A stretch of DNA of 59,524 bases from positions 1 through 59,524 of the forward strand of contig JAQBWN010000002.1 of the NCBI GenBank assembly GCA_027624555.1, in the 5' to 3' direction. The stretch comes from a bacterium (GTDB lineage Bacteria; Patescibacteriota; Andersenbacteria; UBA10190). Shown here in pieces: positions 28,597 through 37,884 of this stretch. The first letter of the stretch is position 1, and every line of letters starts with the position of its first letter. Position numbers and translations under genes: made by a program. Below the pieces are notes generated by a model. That model saw only the letters and a program-made list of their open reading frames with translations, was not told where the DNA came from and did no database searches.

Positions 28597-29214
28597 ATGC
28601 AGTACAGCACACTCGCAACAAAAGAATCAATTTCAAAAACAGTAGCAGGGCTCAAAAAACATAATGTAGAAGCTATTGTAGTAGCAAACAAAGACGAAGC
28701 GTTGGCAAAAATTAAAGAACTTATTCCCAGTGAAGCATCTGTTATGAACGGCTCATCGGTAACACTAGAACAAATCGGCTTTGTAGATTATCTAAAATCT
28801 GGAACGCACCCATGGAATAACTTGCACGCAAACATTCTTGCAGAAAAAGAGCCGGCAAAACAAAGCTTGCTTCGCAAACAAGCAGTTCTTTCCGATTATT
28901 ACTTAGGAAGTGTTCACGCGCTTACAGAAACAGGAGAATTTATTATTGCATCCAACTCTGGCAGCCAGCTTCCACATATCGTATTTACTTCACCAAATCT
29001 TATTTTTGTTGTGAGCACAAAAAAGATTGTGCCTACTCTTACAGATGCATTAAAAAGATTAGAAGAGCATGTTGTGCCACTTGAAGATGTTCATATGCAA
29101 GAGTTATATGGTGTAAACACGGCGGTATCAAAAATAGTTATTTTCAACAGAGAAAAGCCAGGGTCTGGAAGAACAGTAAACATAATTCTTGTCGAAGAAG
29201 ATCTCGGATTTTAG
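28597..29214 (+). CDS. LUD-domain (lactate utilization C-like) protein
   Basis: GSSVTLEQIG, SVHALTETGE, SGSQLP, KKIVP, LGF end. Confidence 0.8.
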   Translation: MQYSTLATKESISKTVAGLKKHNVEAIVVANKDEALAKIKELIPSEASVMNGSSVTLEQIGFVDYLKSGTHPWNNLHANILAEKEPAKQSLLRKQAVLSDYYLGSVHALTETGEFIIASNSGSQLPHIVFTSPNLIFVVSTKKIVPTLTDALKRLEEHVVPLEDVHMQELYGVNTAVSKIVIFNREKPGSGRTVNIILVEEDLGF

Positions 29215-29221
29215 AAAAGTG

Positions 29222-29251
29222 AAAAGAGCCGGTAGCTTGCGCAACCGGCTC
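29222..29251 (-). terminator. Intrinsic terminator
   Basis: GAGCCGGT/ACCGGCTC stem plus TTTT on the minus strand. Confidence 0.75.
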
Positions 29252-29286
29252 ACATGGCGTATCTGCGTAATTTTAAGGATCACCTC

Positions 29287-29349
29287 CTAGCAGCAGATAC
29301 AGGTGAAGATCAAACGGCCGAACTTCTGCATCCAAATGTACTTCTGCAT
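29287..29349 (-). CDS. Putative 20-aa peptide MQKYIWMQKFGRLIFTCICC
   Basis: AAGGAG 6 nt upstream of the ATG; own downstream terminator; below the ORF-track size cutoff. Confidence 0.5.
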   Translation of the reverse strand: MQKYIWMQKFGRLIFTCICC

Positions 29350-29405
29350 GCGGAGCTCCTTGAAGGGTGAACGAACAAACTGAAATAGACGCTATGTGTA
29401 TCTTA

Positions 29406-30542
29406 TTACACTATCCTTTGCGGATCAATGTCTGCGCTGTCTATGGGTAGATTTTTGTATGCTTCTACTGCTTTACTCAACTCTCCAGAAATTAAAATAT
29501 GCCATTCAAACAGTTTTGATTTTTTTGGGCTTCTTTCTTCATACGGACCAAATGCACGAGTTGCGGGGAACTTTTCAAGCGCGCTTTGCAACAACGTAAA
29601 AACATTATCTGCTCGCGTGTGCGCTTTTTTTATACTTTTATCTCGAACAGTTAAACGCACCAAGTCCGTATAGGGCGGGAGATGTAAAAGCCGACGTTCT
29701 TTTAAAACTTTTTCATACCACATGGCATCAGACACGCCGAGCGTTTGTTGCGTAAGGTCAAAGTTGCGCGTAACAATTGTGACAGGAAACTTTGGAGTAA
29801 GGCTTTGCAATCGAGCAGCTAATATGCGAGCACGCTCACTAGATCTGTAATCAATTGCTCGCATAGTAAGCTCAGGTGCTATCCATACCACGCGGTCATA
29901 CTCTTTCTGCACTGCATCGGTTAAGAGGGAAGTTGTACCTAAAGAAATACTTTCTTTCGCTTTTTTAGAGAGCCGAAAAAACAACACTTCTTTTATTTTT
30001 TGATTATCTTTTTTGTTGTACAACACTAATACTTTTTTGCCTTGCCGAGCCCATGCGCGTATTGTCGTTCCTGCATCATTTGGAAACGCTCGTTTCCATT
30101 TCCTGTCTTCGAAAGAAAAGGGGATGATGGTTGTTTTAATTTGTACCTGTTTATTTGTAAGAGGTTTGATACTCTTATTTGCTTGTAAAAAACGTAATCG
30201 AATAGACGGATAAGATGATGAATATATAATCTTGGCACCCCAAATTTTTGCAAGCATTTCTGCGCCGCGCACGGTGTGCAATCGCGGATACTGGTCCCAT
30301 AATTTATGGGTTTCATATTGCTCTTCATTAATAATTATCTTTGTCAAATTTTTAAACGGTAAAAACAACGCTTTCTGTGTGCCTATAATTACTTGTATTT
30401 TTTCTTCTTGAACGCAGCTCCAGATTTCTTTTTTTTCTGACTGTTTTAAGCCCGCATAATACAGCGTTCCCATACCTGTATACTCATGGAGCATAGCAAC
30501 TTCCGGAACCAGGATAAGCGTTTGCCCTTTTTGTTTTTTCAT
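29406..30542 (-). CDS. priA: Primosomal protein N', reduced C-terminal part
   Basis: LILVPE, IIGTQKALFLP, DYRSSER, ERR..HLPPY. Confidence 0.75.
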   Translation of the reverse strand: MKKQKGQTLILVPEVAMLHEYTGMGTLYYAGLKQSEKKEIWSCVQEEKIQVIIGTQKALFLPFKNLTKIIINEEQYETHKLWDQYPRLHTVRGAEMLAKIWGAKIIYSSSYPSIRLRFLQANKSIKPLTNKQVQIKTTIIPFSFEDRKWKRAFPNDAGTTIRAWARQGKKVLVLYNKKDNQKIKEVLFFRLSKKAKESISLGTTSLLTDAVQKEYDRVVWIAPELTMRAIDYRSSERARILAARLQSLTPKFPVTIVTRNFDLTQQTLGVSDAMWYEKVLKERRLLHLPPYTDLVRLTVRDKSIKKAHTRADNVFTLLQSALEKFPATRAFGPYEERSPKKSKLFEWHILISGELSKAVEAYKNLPIDSADIDPQRIV

Positions 30543-30868
30543 ACGGAATGAGGAATAAATAATCTGAGCGTAAACCCGAGCCCGCCATGGACAGCCCCCG
30601 CAAGCAATGTTGCAAATTGCATTTGATGACTAGTTAACACGGTATCAAGTATCGTTGTTATGGGTTTGGTAGGATACTGCGGACGCTTCACATCAACTTG
30701 CAACACAACACCAAGAATCTTTCTCTTGCCAAATGATATACGCACAACGCTACCCTCAACTAGTTTTTCCGCCACCTCAACATGATACGTATATGCTTCA
30801 TGCCCATGACCCATGAGGGGGATACACGGAGCGACTAATACATATGCAAGAGAAGTCTTAGGGGCCAT
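30539..30868 (-). CDS. priA: Primosomal protein N', N-terminal 3'-DNA-binding domain
   Basis: YTY....GSVVRISFGKR...GVV....KPI. Confidence 0.75.
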   Translation of the reverse strand: MAPKTSLAYVLVAPCIPLMGHGHEAYTYHVEVAEKLVEGSVVRISFGKRKILGVVLQVDVKRPQYPTKPITTILDTVLTSHQMQFATLLAGAVHGGLGFTLRLFIPHSV

Positions 30869-31376
30869 ATGATGTTACGGGAAAACGATACATCGTAATC
30901 GCTTCATTGCGCGAATCCACACCTGCTTCTCGCATTGCCGTCGCAATTTGTTCTTCCGGAGTATCAATGCCGGGTCTTCCTGGAAGGAGCAATGCCATTT
31001 TATTTTTATCTGTGCGCAAATACAGCCCAAACGACTGCGGCTTTAAATGCTCTTTATTTGTTATTCGCTCAATGGGTCCCAGTACGGCCACTACGTATCC
31101 ATAATTCATTGCATCCATTGCTCGCATACGAATATTGTGTCGAACTATCGCTTCAACCGTATTTTCAATAATTTCTCGCGCAAGCGATGCGCAATGGGGG
31201 AGCGGAGTACCAAATGCTCCTCTTACTCTACTTCCCGGTTGCTCAACAACAGAAACAAAACAAGCTTTTTGAACGAGTAAATCTTGAGTAAGTGTGTTCG
31301 GTACCGACATATACGTCCCCGTGCGAGCATAGTGCTTCGCTGCTTGCTTGGCTAGTTTGCTGTATATGGCAGACAT
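30858..31376 (-). CDS. AMMECR1-domain protein
   Basis: ACFVS, RG..GT, LLLP..PGIDTPEEQ, YRF. Confidence 0.8.
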   Translation of the reverse strand: MSAIYSKLAKQAAKHYARTGTYMSVPNTLTQDLLVQKACFVSVVEQPGSRVRGAFGTPLPHCASLAREIIENTVEAIVRHNIRMRAMDAMNYGYVVAVLGPIERITNKEHLKPQSFGLYLRTDKNKMALLLPGRPGIDTPEEQIATAMREAGVDSRNEAITMYRFPVTSYGP

Positions 31377-31433
31377 GTATCATAAGCGTACGGACTATCC
31401 GAAAATTGGCAACGCCAGTATGATACAAATAAT

Positions 31434-31880
31434 ATGAGTTTGCGTATTGCTATAATCCCCCCAAAACAAGTTATTGATAAAATTACAGACGCACTACTGC
31501 CATATAGTGCGAGTTTGAGTTTCCAATCAAATGATAATACTTGGCATATCCCACTTAGCACACTTCAACACATGCCGAGCCTTACGCCGATTCGGCATTC
31601 ATTTCATCAAACATTGCGCATACTCTCTATCGGAGAAGGACAAGATCAAATGTCTCTTTCTGTTCGCATTCAACAAAGCCCAAGCCTCACCGCACTTATT
31701 GCATCGCTCCCAAACAAAAGCACACTTTGTGTTCCCGAAATATTGCTTGGTTCATTTGAGCAGGTGCCTGCATTTGGCATTCTAGATACACCACTTACAA
31801 TCACATTTAGCGTCCGAGAACTAGCTGTTATACAAATAGACCCATATGAAATCATCGGCACAATTCCCATTACTCCTTAA
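31434..31880 (+). CDS. Hypothetical protein, possibly a degenerate 2H phosphoesterase
   Basis: RIAIIPP and WHIPL resemble a 2H (HxT) family N-terminus; second HxT absent. Confidence 0.4.
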   Translation: MSLRIAIIPPKQVIDKITDALLPYSASLSFQSNDNTWHIPLSTLQHMPSLTPIRHSFHQTLRILSIGEGQDQMSLSVRIQQSPSLTALIASLPNKSTLCVPEILLGSFEQVPAFGILDTPLTITFSVRELAVIQIDPYEIIGTIPITP

Positions 31881-32781
31881 TTGTTCGTTTTTTTCTCGTA
31901 GGGAATATCTGGAAAAAATTCAACAGGCTCTTGGGAAAGATACGCTCACGCATATTGTTACATTGAACGCAGAAATGATTGTAGAGGCGCAAACTAATCA
32001 GCAGTTTAGAGATGCAGTAGAACGCGCAGAACTAAAAATTCCAGATGGGGGGAGTTTATTGTGGGCGAGGGAGTATCTCGAAGAGCGTCACGCACAGCGC
32101 TGTACGCACCGTCATCCCGGCCTACGAGCCGGGATCCGCGCCTGCCCGCCGGATTGGCGGGTCGCCATGTCTGGATTCCGGATCAAGTCCGGGATGACAA
32201 ACTATGCCTTAATGATTCTTAGCCTTATCAAATTCCTCTTCTCAAAACAACAACCCCTCACCGGCGTTGATAGCATATATGATATTTGTGAAGCAGTGCA
32301 GCACAAAAACGGATCTGTATATTTACTCGGGGGGACACATAAAGAAGCGCAGGGAACGGCAGACGTTTTACAAAAAAAATATCCAAAATTGATTATCTCA
32401 ATTATTCACGACAGCACCCCACCCAGCCTCCCCTTTTCAAGGGGAGGAGTCGGGTTTTCGCAACAGCAGAAGCTAATACAGCTAACGAAGCTAGTGAAGC
32501 TAAAAGCTCCGATCGCTCTTTTCGTCGCACTCGGTTCTCCAAAACAAACTCTCTACATAGAACAACATAGAAAAATGTTAGAGGAAGCAGGCATACGCAT
32601 TGCAATCGGTGTTGGGGGAGCGTTCGCAATGATTTCAGGAATACTTCCGCGCGCGCCCAAATTCATGCGTCGTCATCACCTCGAATGGCTATGGCGGCTC
32701 ATACTAGAACCAAAAAGAATCAAACGAATATGGAACGCGGTGTTCGTTTTTCCAAACATAATTCGCGGTTATCCACATTGA
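31846..32781 (+). CDS. WecB/TagA/CpsF family glycosyltransferase with two repeat-derived in-frame inserts
   Basis: IVTLNAE, IPDG, TGVD, FVALGSPKQ, GVGGAF, RAP, LEWLWRL..EP.R. Confidence 0.92.
   Translation: MKSSAQFPLLLNCSFFSRREYLEKIQQALGKDTLTHIVTLNAEMIVEAQTNQQFRDAVERAELKIPDGGSLLWAREYLEERHAQRCTHRHPGLRAGIRACPPDWRVAMSGFRIKSGMTNYALMILSLIKFLFSKQQPLTGVDSIYDICEAVQHKNGSVYLLGGTHKEAQGTADVLQKKYPKLIISIIHDSTPPSLPFSRGGVGFSQQQKLIQLTKLVKLKAPIALFVALGSPKQTLYIEQHRKMLEEAGIRIAIGVGGAFAMISGILPRAPKFMRRHHLEWLWRLILEPKRIKRIWNAVFVFPNIIRGYPH
32110..32198 (+). repeat. Family B palindromic element (CGTCATCCCGG...CCGGGATGAC) with a nested hairpin
   Basis: 10-bp terminal inverted repeat, two internal hairpins, and nested CCTGCCCGCC...GGCGGG. 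Confidence 0.85.
32414..32452 (+). repeat. Palindromic REP-like element, family A (in frame)
   Basis: Matches the copies in dnaX and trxB; encodes TPPSLPFSRGG. Confidence 0.85.
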
Positions 32782-32875
32782 CGCCCTTATAGCACGGGCA
32801 TACGGTTATATGATGCTCAAAAAGTGTCATATGGAGGGGGAATAGCTTTTATTACTAACAGGAGGTGAACACCAT

Positions 32876-33508
32876 ATGGAATATGAACAACAAAACAACC
32901 CTGATGATGATGGGTTTGTAACAAAAATTAAAGAGTCCCCAAGGACAGTATCAGCAATAATAATCGTTTTAATAGTTGCGGCGGCTATTTATGCCTTTTC
33001 AGGCAACGAACAAAATACGAGCGAAGACATTGCAGAAAATTTGTCAGCAACTGAAACACCGGAATCATCCGCAACCCCTGTATCAGAAGACACAACAGAT
33101 AAAACAGCGGCTAACAAGAATACGACAGCACCAGATGCGCCAAAAGTATCGCCTGCTGCACCCGTTGATAAAACGTCTCTCATGGAGGCAAGCAAGAAGT
33201 TACCAGAAGCAAGAGTCACAGACACTGCGTTTATTGAAGTAGCTCAAAAGGGAGATGGGTTAACACACCTTGCTCGCAGAGCAGCTACAAGATATCTCGC
33301 AGACCATGAAGCAGGGTATACACTCACCAATGAACACCGAGTATACATAGAAGACTATATTCGCAAGAATATTGAAAAGCGTCCCGTGAGCATCGGAATG
33401 GAACAAACAATTTCCTTCGATCTCGTCAAGCAAGCAGTAGAATCAGCAGGCAAGCTGTCAGCTCCACAAATAAAAAACCTCACGAAATACACAAAAGCGC
33501 TGAACTAA
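32876..33508 (+). CDS. Hypothetical membrane-anchored protein
   Basis: AGGAGGT SD, single TM, low-complexity linker, AQKGDGLTHLARRA domain. Confidence 0.75.
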   Translation: MEYEQQNNPDDDGFVTKIKESPRTVSAIIIVLIVAAAIYAFSGNEQNTSEDIAENLSATETPESSATPVSEDTTDKTAANKNTTAPDAPKVSPAAPVDKTSLMEASKKLPEARVTDTAFIEVAQKGDGLTHLARRAATRYLADHEAGYTLTNEHRVYIEDYIRKNIEKRPVSIGMEQTISFDLVKQAVESAGKLSAPQIKNLTKYTKALN

Positions 33509-33526
33509 GCAGCAACAAATTCTCGT

Positions 33527-33571
33527 ACGAACAAAAAACGTTCCCCTGATCAAGGAACGTTTTTTGTTCGT
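33527..33571. terminator. Perfect 18-bp inverted repeat, likely a bidirectional terminator
   Basis: ACGAACAAAAAACGTTCC / GGAACGTTTTTTGTTCGT. Confidence 0.75.
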
Positions 33572-33653
33572 GTGTAAAACTACCTCCTGTATAGAGAAAA
33601 AATGACTCACCATTTTTTTGAATGGTCACGCTCCTTAGCGTACAATAAACAAC

Positions 33654-36479
33654 ATGTCTCTCGACAAGGTCAAAAAGCGAAACGGTTCCATTGTAGATTT
33701 CGATCGCGCACGAATTCAAAATGCTATCCACAAGGCGTACCACGCAACTCGCGGGCAAACAGATGATCCTGTTTTAGAAAACATCGTAGACGAGGTCGTT
33801 ATTCATATAGAGACTACCTACAGCGAAACTATCCCTGGGGTTGAAAGTATCCAAGACATCGTAGAAACAAAAATTGCAGAAAAGGGTCTGTTTGATGTGG
33901 CGAAGTCGTACATCCTATATCGAGTTGCTCAACAAGAACAACGTGCCATGGAGGAAACGGAAAAAAAGCACGAAGTTGAGGAGAAAATTCAAACACGCCA
34001 ATTACACGTAAAAAACCGCGCTGGGCAATTAGTGCCGTTCGACATCGAACAAGTGCGCATCGCCATTGAAAAATACTGCTACCCCGTTTTAGATAAGGAT
34101 CAGATCAGCGTTGTATTAAAAGAAGCACAAAATAATATTTACGATGGCATTTCCACTACGGAAATCAACCAGACAATTATCATGTCGCTTCGCACTCGTA
34201 TTGAGCGTGATCCTAAATACTCGTATTTGGCTGCTCGCGTACTTACGAATGATTTGTATCGCGATGTCATTAGTACTGATGAATTCGAACCAGGGTTTGA
34301 CTCTACGTATAGGGCTGGGTTAAAAATCAGCATTGCACAAGGAGTTGCGGCGCAGCGGCTCGATCCAAAAATGAATGAGTTTGATTTTGACGCACTATCC
34401 CGAGCAATTGACCCTTCCCGTGATAAACTTTTTGAATATCTGGGAATACAAACCCTATACGAACGGTATTTTATTAAAGATTTATCTCAGCGTATCTTGG
34501 AAGTTCCGCAATACTTCTGGATGCGTGTTGCTATGGGGCTTGCGCTCAATGAAGAAAAAAGCCTCTGGACTTCCTATGCAATACAGTTCTACAACATAAT
34601 ATCTACCCTACGCTATACACCATCTACCCCAACGCTGTTTCACGCAGGTACAAGTCACCCACAAATGAGCTCTTGCTACTTAACTACCGTAGAAGACAGG
34701 CTTGATCATATCTTTAAATCATTTGGAGACAACGCACAGCTTTCCAAATGGTCTGGTGGACTAGGGAATGATTGGACAAATATTCGCGCAACAGGGGCCC
34801 AAATTAAAAGCACAAACGTGGGCAGCCAAGGCGTTATTCCTTTTCTGAAAATTTCAGATGCTACAACCGCAGCCATTAACCGAAGCGGGAAGCGACGTGG
34901 TGCTACCTGCGTATATCTCGAAACATGGCACTACGACATTGAAGACTTTATTGAGCTTCGAAAAAATACCGGAGACGACCGCAGACGTACGCACGATACC
35001 AATACATCAAACTGGATTCCTGACTTATTCATGAAGCGCGTTATCAACGATGAAGCGTGGACACTATTCTCACCCGATGAAACACCAGAGCTTCACCATA
35101 TTTTTGGAAAAGCGTTTGAACAAAAATACACGGAATACGAAGCAAAGGCTGCGAACGGTGAAATACGATTATTTAAAAGAATTCGAGCACTCGACCTCTG
35201 GAGAAGAATGATAAATAGCCTTTACAGCACAGGGCATCCATGGATAACCTTCAAAGACCCTTCCAACATACGTTCTCCGCAAGACCACGTTGGAGTTGTA
35301 CATAGCTCAAACCTTTGCACAGAAATTACGTTGAACACTTCGAAAGACGAGACTGCGGTATGCAACCTCGGGTCTATCAATATTGTTCGCCACGTAGAGA
35401 ATGGAATGTTACAAAAAGAGAAACTCAAAGAAACAACAGAACTTGCAATGCGCATGCTCGATAACGTAATAGACTTGAATTTTTACCCAACACCAGAAGC
35501 TCGCATCTCTAACATGCGCCATCGACCAATTGGACTTGGTATTATGGGGTGGCAAGATGCCCTCTATGTTCTTGGAATACAGTTCGATAGCGAAGAAGCT
35601 GTGGATCTTTCCGATGAAATAATGGAATACATTTCCTATAACGCAATATTGTCATCTTCGCAGATTGCAAAAGAAAAAGGGAAGTACGAAACATACCGAG
35701 GGTCCAAATGGGACAGGGGGCTGTTTCCACAAGATACTATTGCGTTACTAGAAGAGGAAAGAGGAATGCACATTGAAGTGGAACGCGGATCAAAAATGGA
35801 TTGGACTCCAGTACGAGAACACGTGCGCATGTATGGTATGAGAAACTCCAACTGTATGGCAATTGCCCCGACGGCAACAATTTCAACTATTGCCGGATGC
35901 TTGCCATCTATTGAGCCTATCTACAAAAATATTTATACAAAATCCAACGTTACAGGAGAATTCGTTGTAATCAATGAACAACTCATCAACGATCTTCGAA
36001 AAAATAATTTATGGAACGACCAAATGCTCGACAAATTAAAGCATTACGATGGAAGTGTTCAAGATATTCCCGAAGTTCCGCAGGATTTAAAGGACCGATA
36101 CAAAGAAGTGTTCGAAATTCGTCCTGAGTGGGTTATCAAGCACGCAGCGAGGCGCTCAAAATGGATAGATCAAAGCCAATCGCTCAACCTCTTCATTAAA
36201 ACAGAGTCAGGAAAAGATATTTCAGATATGTACATCATGGCGTGGGAAGCAGGCTTAAAGACTACGTATTATTTGCGAACACTTGGCGCAACAGGAGTTG
36301 AAAAAAGCACTATCGATATAAACATAAAATATGAACCTGCTCCTGCTCCAGTTTTAATTCCAGTTGCAGCGCCAATTCTCGTATCAAGCCTTCCGTCTAT
36401 GCCACCGCTTCCAACACTCGACACAAATTCAGCTACCAGCGGTGACCCAAATTTGAATATTTGTGAATCTTGTCAATAA
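33654..36479 (+). CDS. nrdA: Class I ribonucleotide reductase alpha subunit with two ATP-cones
   Basis: VKKRNG and VKNRAG cones, STPTLF, SSC, SSNLCTE, APTAT, KTTYY, C-terminal CESCQ. Confidence 0.96.
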   Translation: MSLDKVKKRNGSIVDFDRARIQNAIHKAYHATRGQTDDPVLENIVDEVVIHIETTYSETIPGVESIQDIVETKIAEKGLFDVAKSYILYRVAQQEQRAMEETEKKHEVEEKIQTRQLHVKNRAGQLVPFDIEQVRIAIEKYCYPVLDKDQISVVLKEAQNNIYDGISTTEINQTIIMSLRTRIERDPKYSYLAARVLTNDLYRDVISTDEFEPGFDSTYRAGLKISIAQGVAAQRLDPKMNEFDFDALSRAIDPSRDKLFEYLGIQTLYERYFIKDLSQRILEVPQYFWMRVAMGLALNEEKSLWTSYAIQFYNIISTLRYTPSTPTLFHAGTSHPQMSSCYLTTVEDRLDHIFKSFGDNAQLSKWSGGLGNDWTNIRATGAQIKSTNVGSQGVIPFLKISDATTAAINRSGKRRGATCVYLETWHYDIEDFIELRKNTGDDRRRTHDTNTSNWIPDLFMKRVINDEAWTLFSPDETPELHHIFGKAFEQKYTEYEAKAANGEIRLFKRIRALDLWRRMINSLYSTGHPWITFKDPSNIRSPQDHVGVVHSSNLCTEITLNTSKDETAVCNLGSINIVRHVENGMLQKEKLKETTELAMRMLDNVIDLNFYPTPEARISNMRHRPIGLGIMGWQDALYVLGIQFDSEEAVDLSDEIMEYISYNAILSSSQIAKEKGKYETYRGSKWDRGLFPQDTIALLEEERGMHIEVERGSKMDWTPVREHVRMYGMRNSNCMAIAPTATISTIAGCLPSIEPIYKNIYTKSNVTGEFVVINEQLINDLRKNNLWNDQMLDKLKHYDGSVQDIPEVPQDLKDRYKEVFEIRPEWVIKHAARRSKWIDQSQSLNLFIKTESGKDISDMYIMAWEAGLKTTYYLRTLGATGVEKSTIDINIKYEPAPAPVLIPVAAPILVSSLPSMPPLPTLDTNSATSGDPNLNICESCQ

Positions 36480-36493
36480 TATATAAATATCTT

Positions 36494-37501
36494 ATGGAAA
36501 GCATTGAAAAGAAAATCTTAAATTCAGGTACCACCGACCCAAACAAAATTCTTCCAATGAAGTATCATTGGGCACGGAAGCATTACAAAGATGGCGTTGC
36601 AAACAATTGGACGCCCGACGAAGTAAACATGCAAAAGGATGTAGAAACATGGAAAAATCCTGCAGCACTTTCTGAGAACGAGAGGCGATTAATTATGTGG
36701 AATATGGGCTTCTTCTCAACAGCAGAAAGCCTGACTGCAAATAATCTTGTGCTCACTGTTTATAAGCACATTACAAACCCGGAATGCCGGCAGTATTTAC
36801 TTCGCCAAGCGTACGAGGAAGCCGTGCATACCGACACATTCATTTACTGTTGCGATACTCTTGGGTTAGACCCCGAAGATGTGTACACCATGTACGAACG
36901 CATTCCAAGTATTCGGCATAAGGACGAGTTTGTAGTAAACATGACAAAATCACTGCTAGACCCAAATTTCAGCACGGTGGGCACAGAAAATATGCAACGT
37001 TTTGTACACGACCTTGTAGGTTTTTACATCATCATGGAGGGGATATTTTTCTACGCTGGCTTTGTGATGATGCTTTCATTCCTGCGCCAAAATAAAATGG
37101 TAGGGGTAGGGGAGCAGTTCCAGTTCATACTACGAGATGAATCGGTTCATCTTGCATTTGGTTCCGATCTCATTAATGCAATTGTGCAAGAAAATCCAGA
37201 AATCTGGACAGAAGAATTTAAGGCAACTATTACTGCAAATATTAAAAGGGGAGTGGAGCTAGAGTCTGCATACGCACACGATTGTTTACCCGACGGAATT
37301 CTTGGATTAAATGCCAGCGTTATTGATGAATATCTGCAATACATTGCGGATAGGCGCTTAGAACGCATCGGGCTCGCAAAAGTGTATAATGCATCTAATC
37401 CGTTCCCGTGGATGAGCGAAATTATGGACTTAAAGAAAGAAAAAAACTTTTTCGAAACCAGGGTAACTGAATACAAAAACGCCGGGTCGTTGAAGTGGTA
37501 A
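36494..37501 (+). CDS. nrdB: Ribonucleotide reductase beta subunit, class Ic (R2c) signature
   Basis: FFSTAES, EEAVHTDTF, EGIFFY, RDESVH, NFFETRVTEY. Confidence 0.95.
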   Translation: MESIEKKILNSGTTDPNKILPMKYHWARKHYKDGVANNWTPDEVNMQKDVETWKNPAALSENERRLIMWNMGFFSTAESLTANNLVLTVYKHITNPECRQYLLRQAYEEAVHTDTFIYCCDTLGLDPEDVYTMYERIPSIRHKDEFVVNMTKSLLDPNFSTVGTENMQRFVHDLVGFYIIMEGIFFYAGFVMMLSFLRQNKMVGVGEQFQFILRDESVHLAFGSDLINAIVQENPEIWTEEFKATITANIKRGVELESAYAHDCLPDGILGLNASVIDEYLQYIADRRLERIGLAKVYNASNPFPWMSEIMDLKKEKNFFETRVTEYKNAGSLKW

Positions 37502-37520
37502 TTCAATAAGGGGTGCTTTG

Positions 37521-37546
37521 CCGGCCATAGCTTTAGCGACGGCTGG
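37521..37546 (-). repeat. Palindromic element, family D (CCAGCC.TCGCTAAAGCT..GGC.GG)
   Basis: Reverse complement resembles 41644-41669. Confidence 0.7.
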
Positions 37547-37646
37547 AGGGGTATCGCATTGCATTCTCACTTGCAAAAAACTAGTTTCTGCGGTATACAA
37601 AGACTGGATGTTTACAGTACATTTTACGTTCTTGTTAAAGGAGTAA

Positions 37647-37850
37647 TTGATGATCGTTACGCCCGAAGAATTCAACGCCGAAGGCATGGCTACAACCTCT
37701 AGTCATAGCCCAAACCCGCCCACAAGTCCTGCACTCACAGATCAAGAATTCCGGGAAAACTTGGGGCACATACTCGCTGATCTGGAGGCGGCATACGAAA
37801 ATTTCGGTGCTATCTTGCAAGATCTTCGCGAAGCTCTACAGCAAGAGTAG
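37647..37850 (+). CDS. Small acidic orphan protein
   Basis: TTGCAA-17-TATACA promoter, AAAGGAG SD, own terminator. Confidence 0.55.
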   Translation: MMIVTPEEFNAEGMATTSSHSPNPPTSPALTDQEFRENLGHILADLEAAYENFGAILQDLREALQQE

Positions 37851-37884
37851 CAAGCACTAACCATCTATCTCTCAAAATAAACGC

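Noticed and set aside
29277..29288. GGATCACCTCCT as a 16S rRNA gene end
   Set aside because: No upstream 16S sequence (helix 44/45) is present; only the 12-mer matches
32769..32777. Perfect DnaA box TTATCCACA as a sign of oriC
   Set aside because: Single copy inside a CDS end; no box cluster or unwinding element
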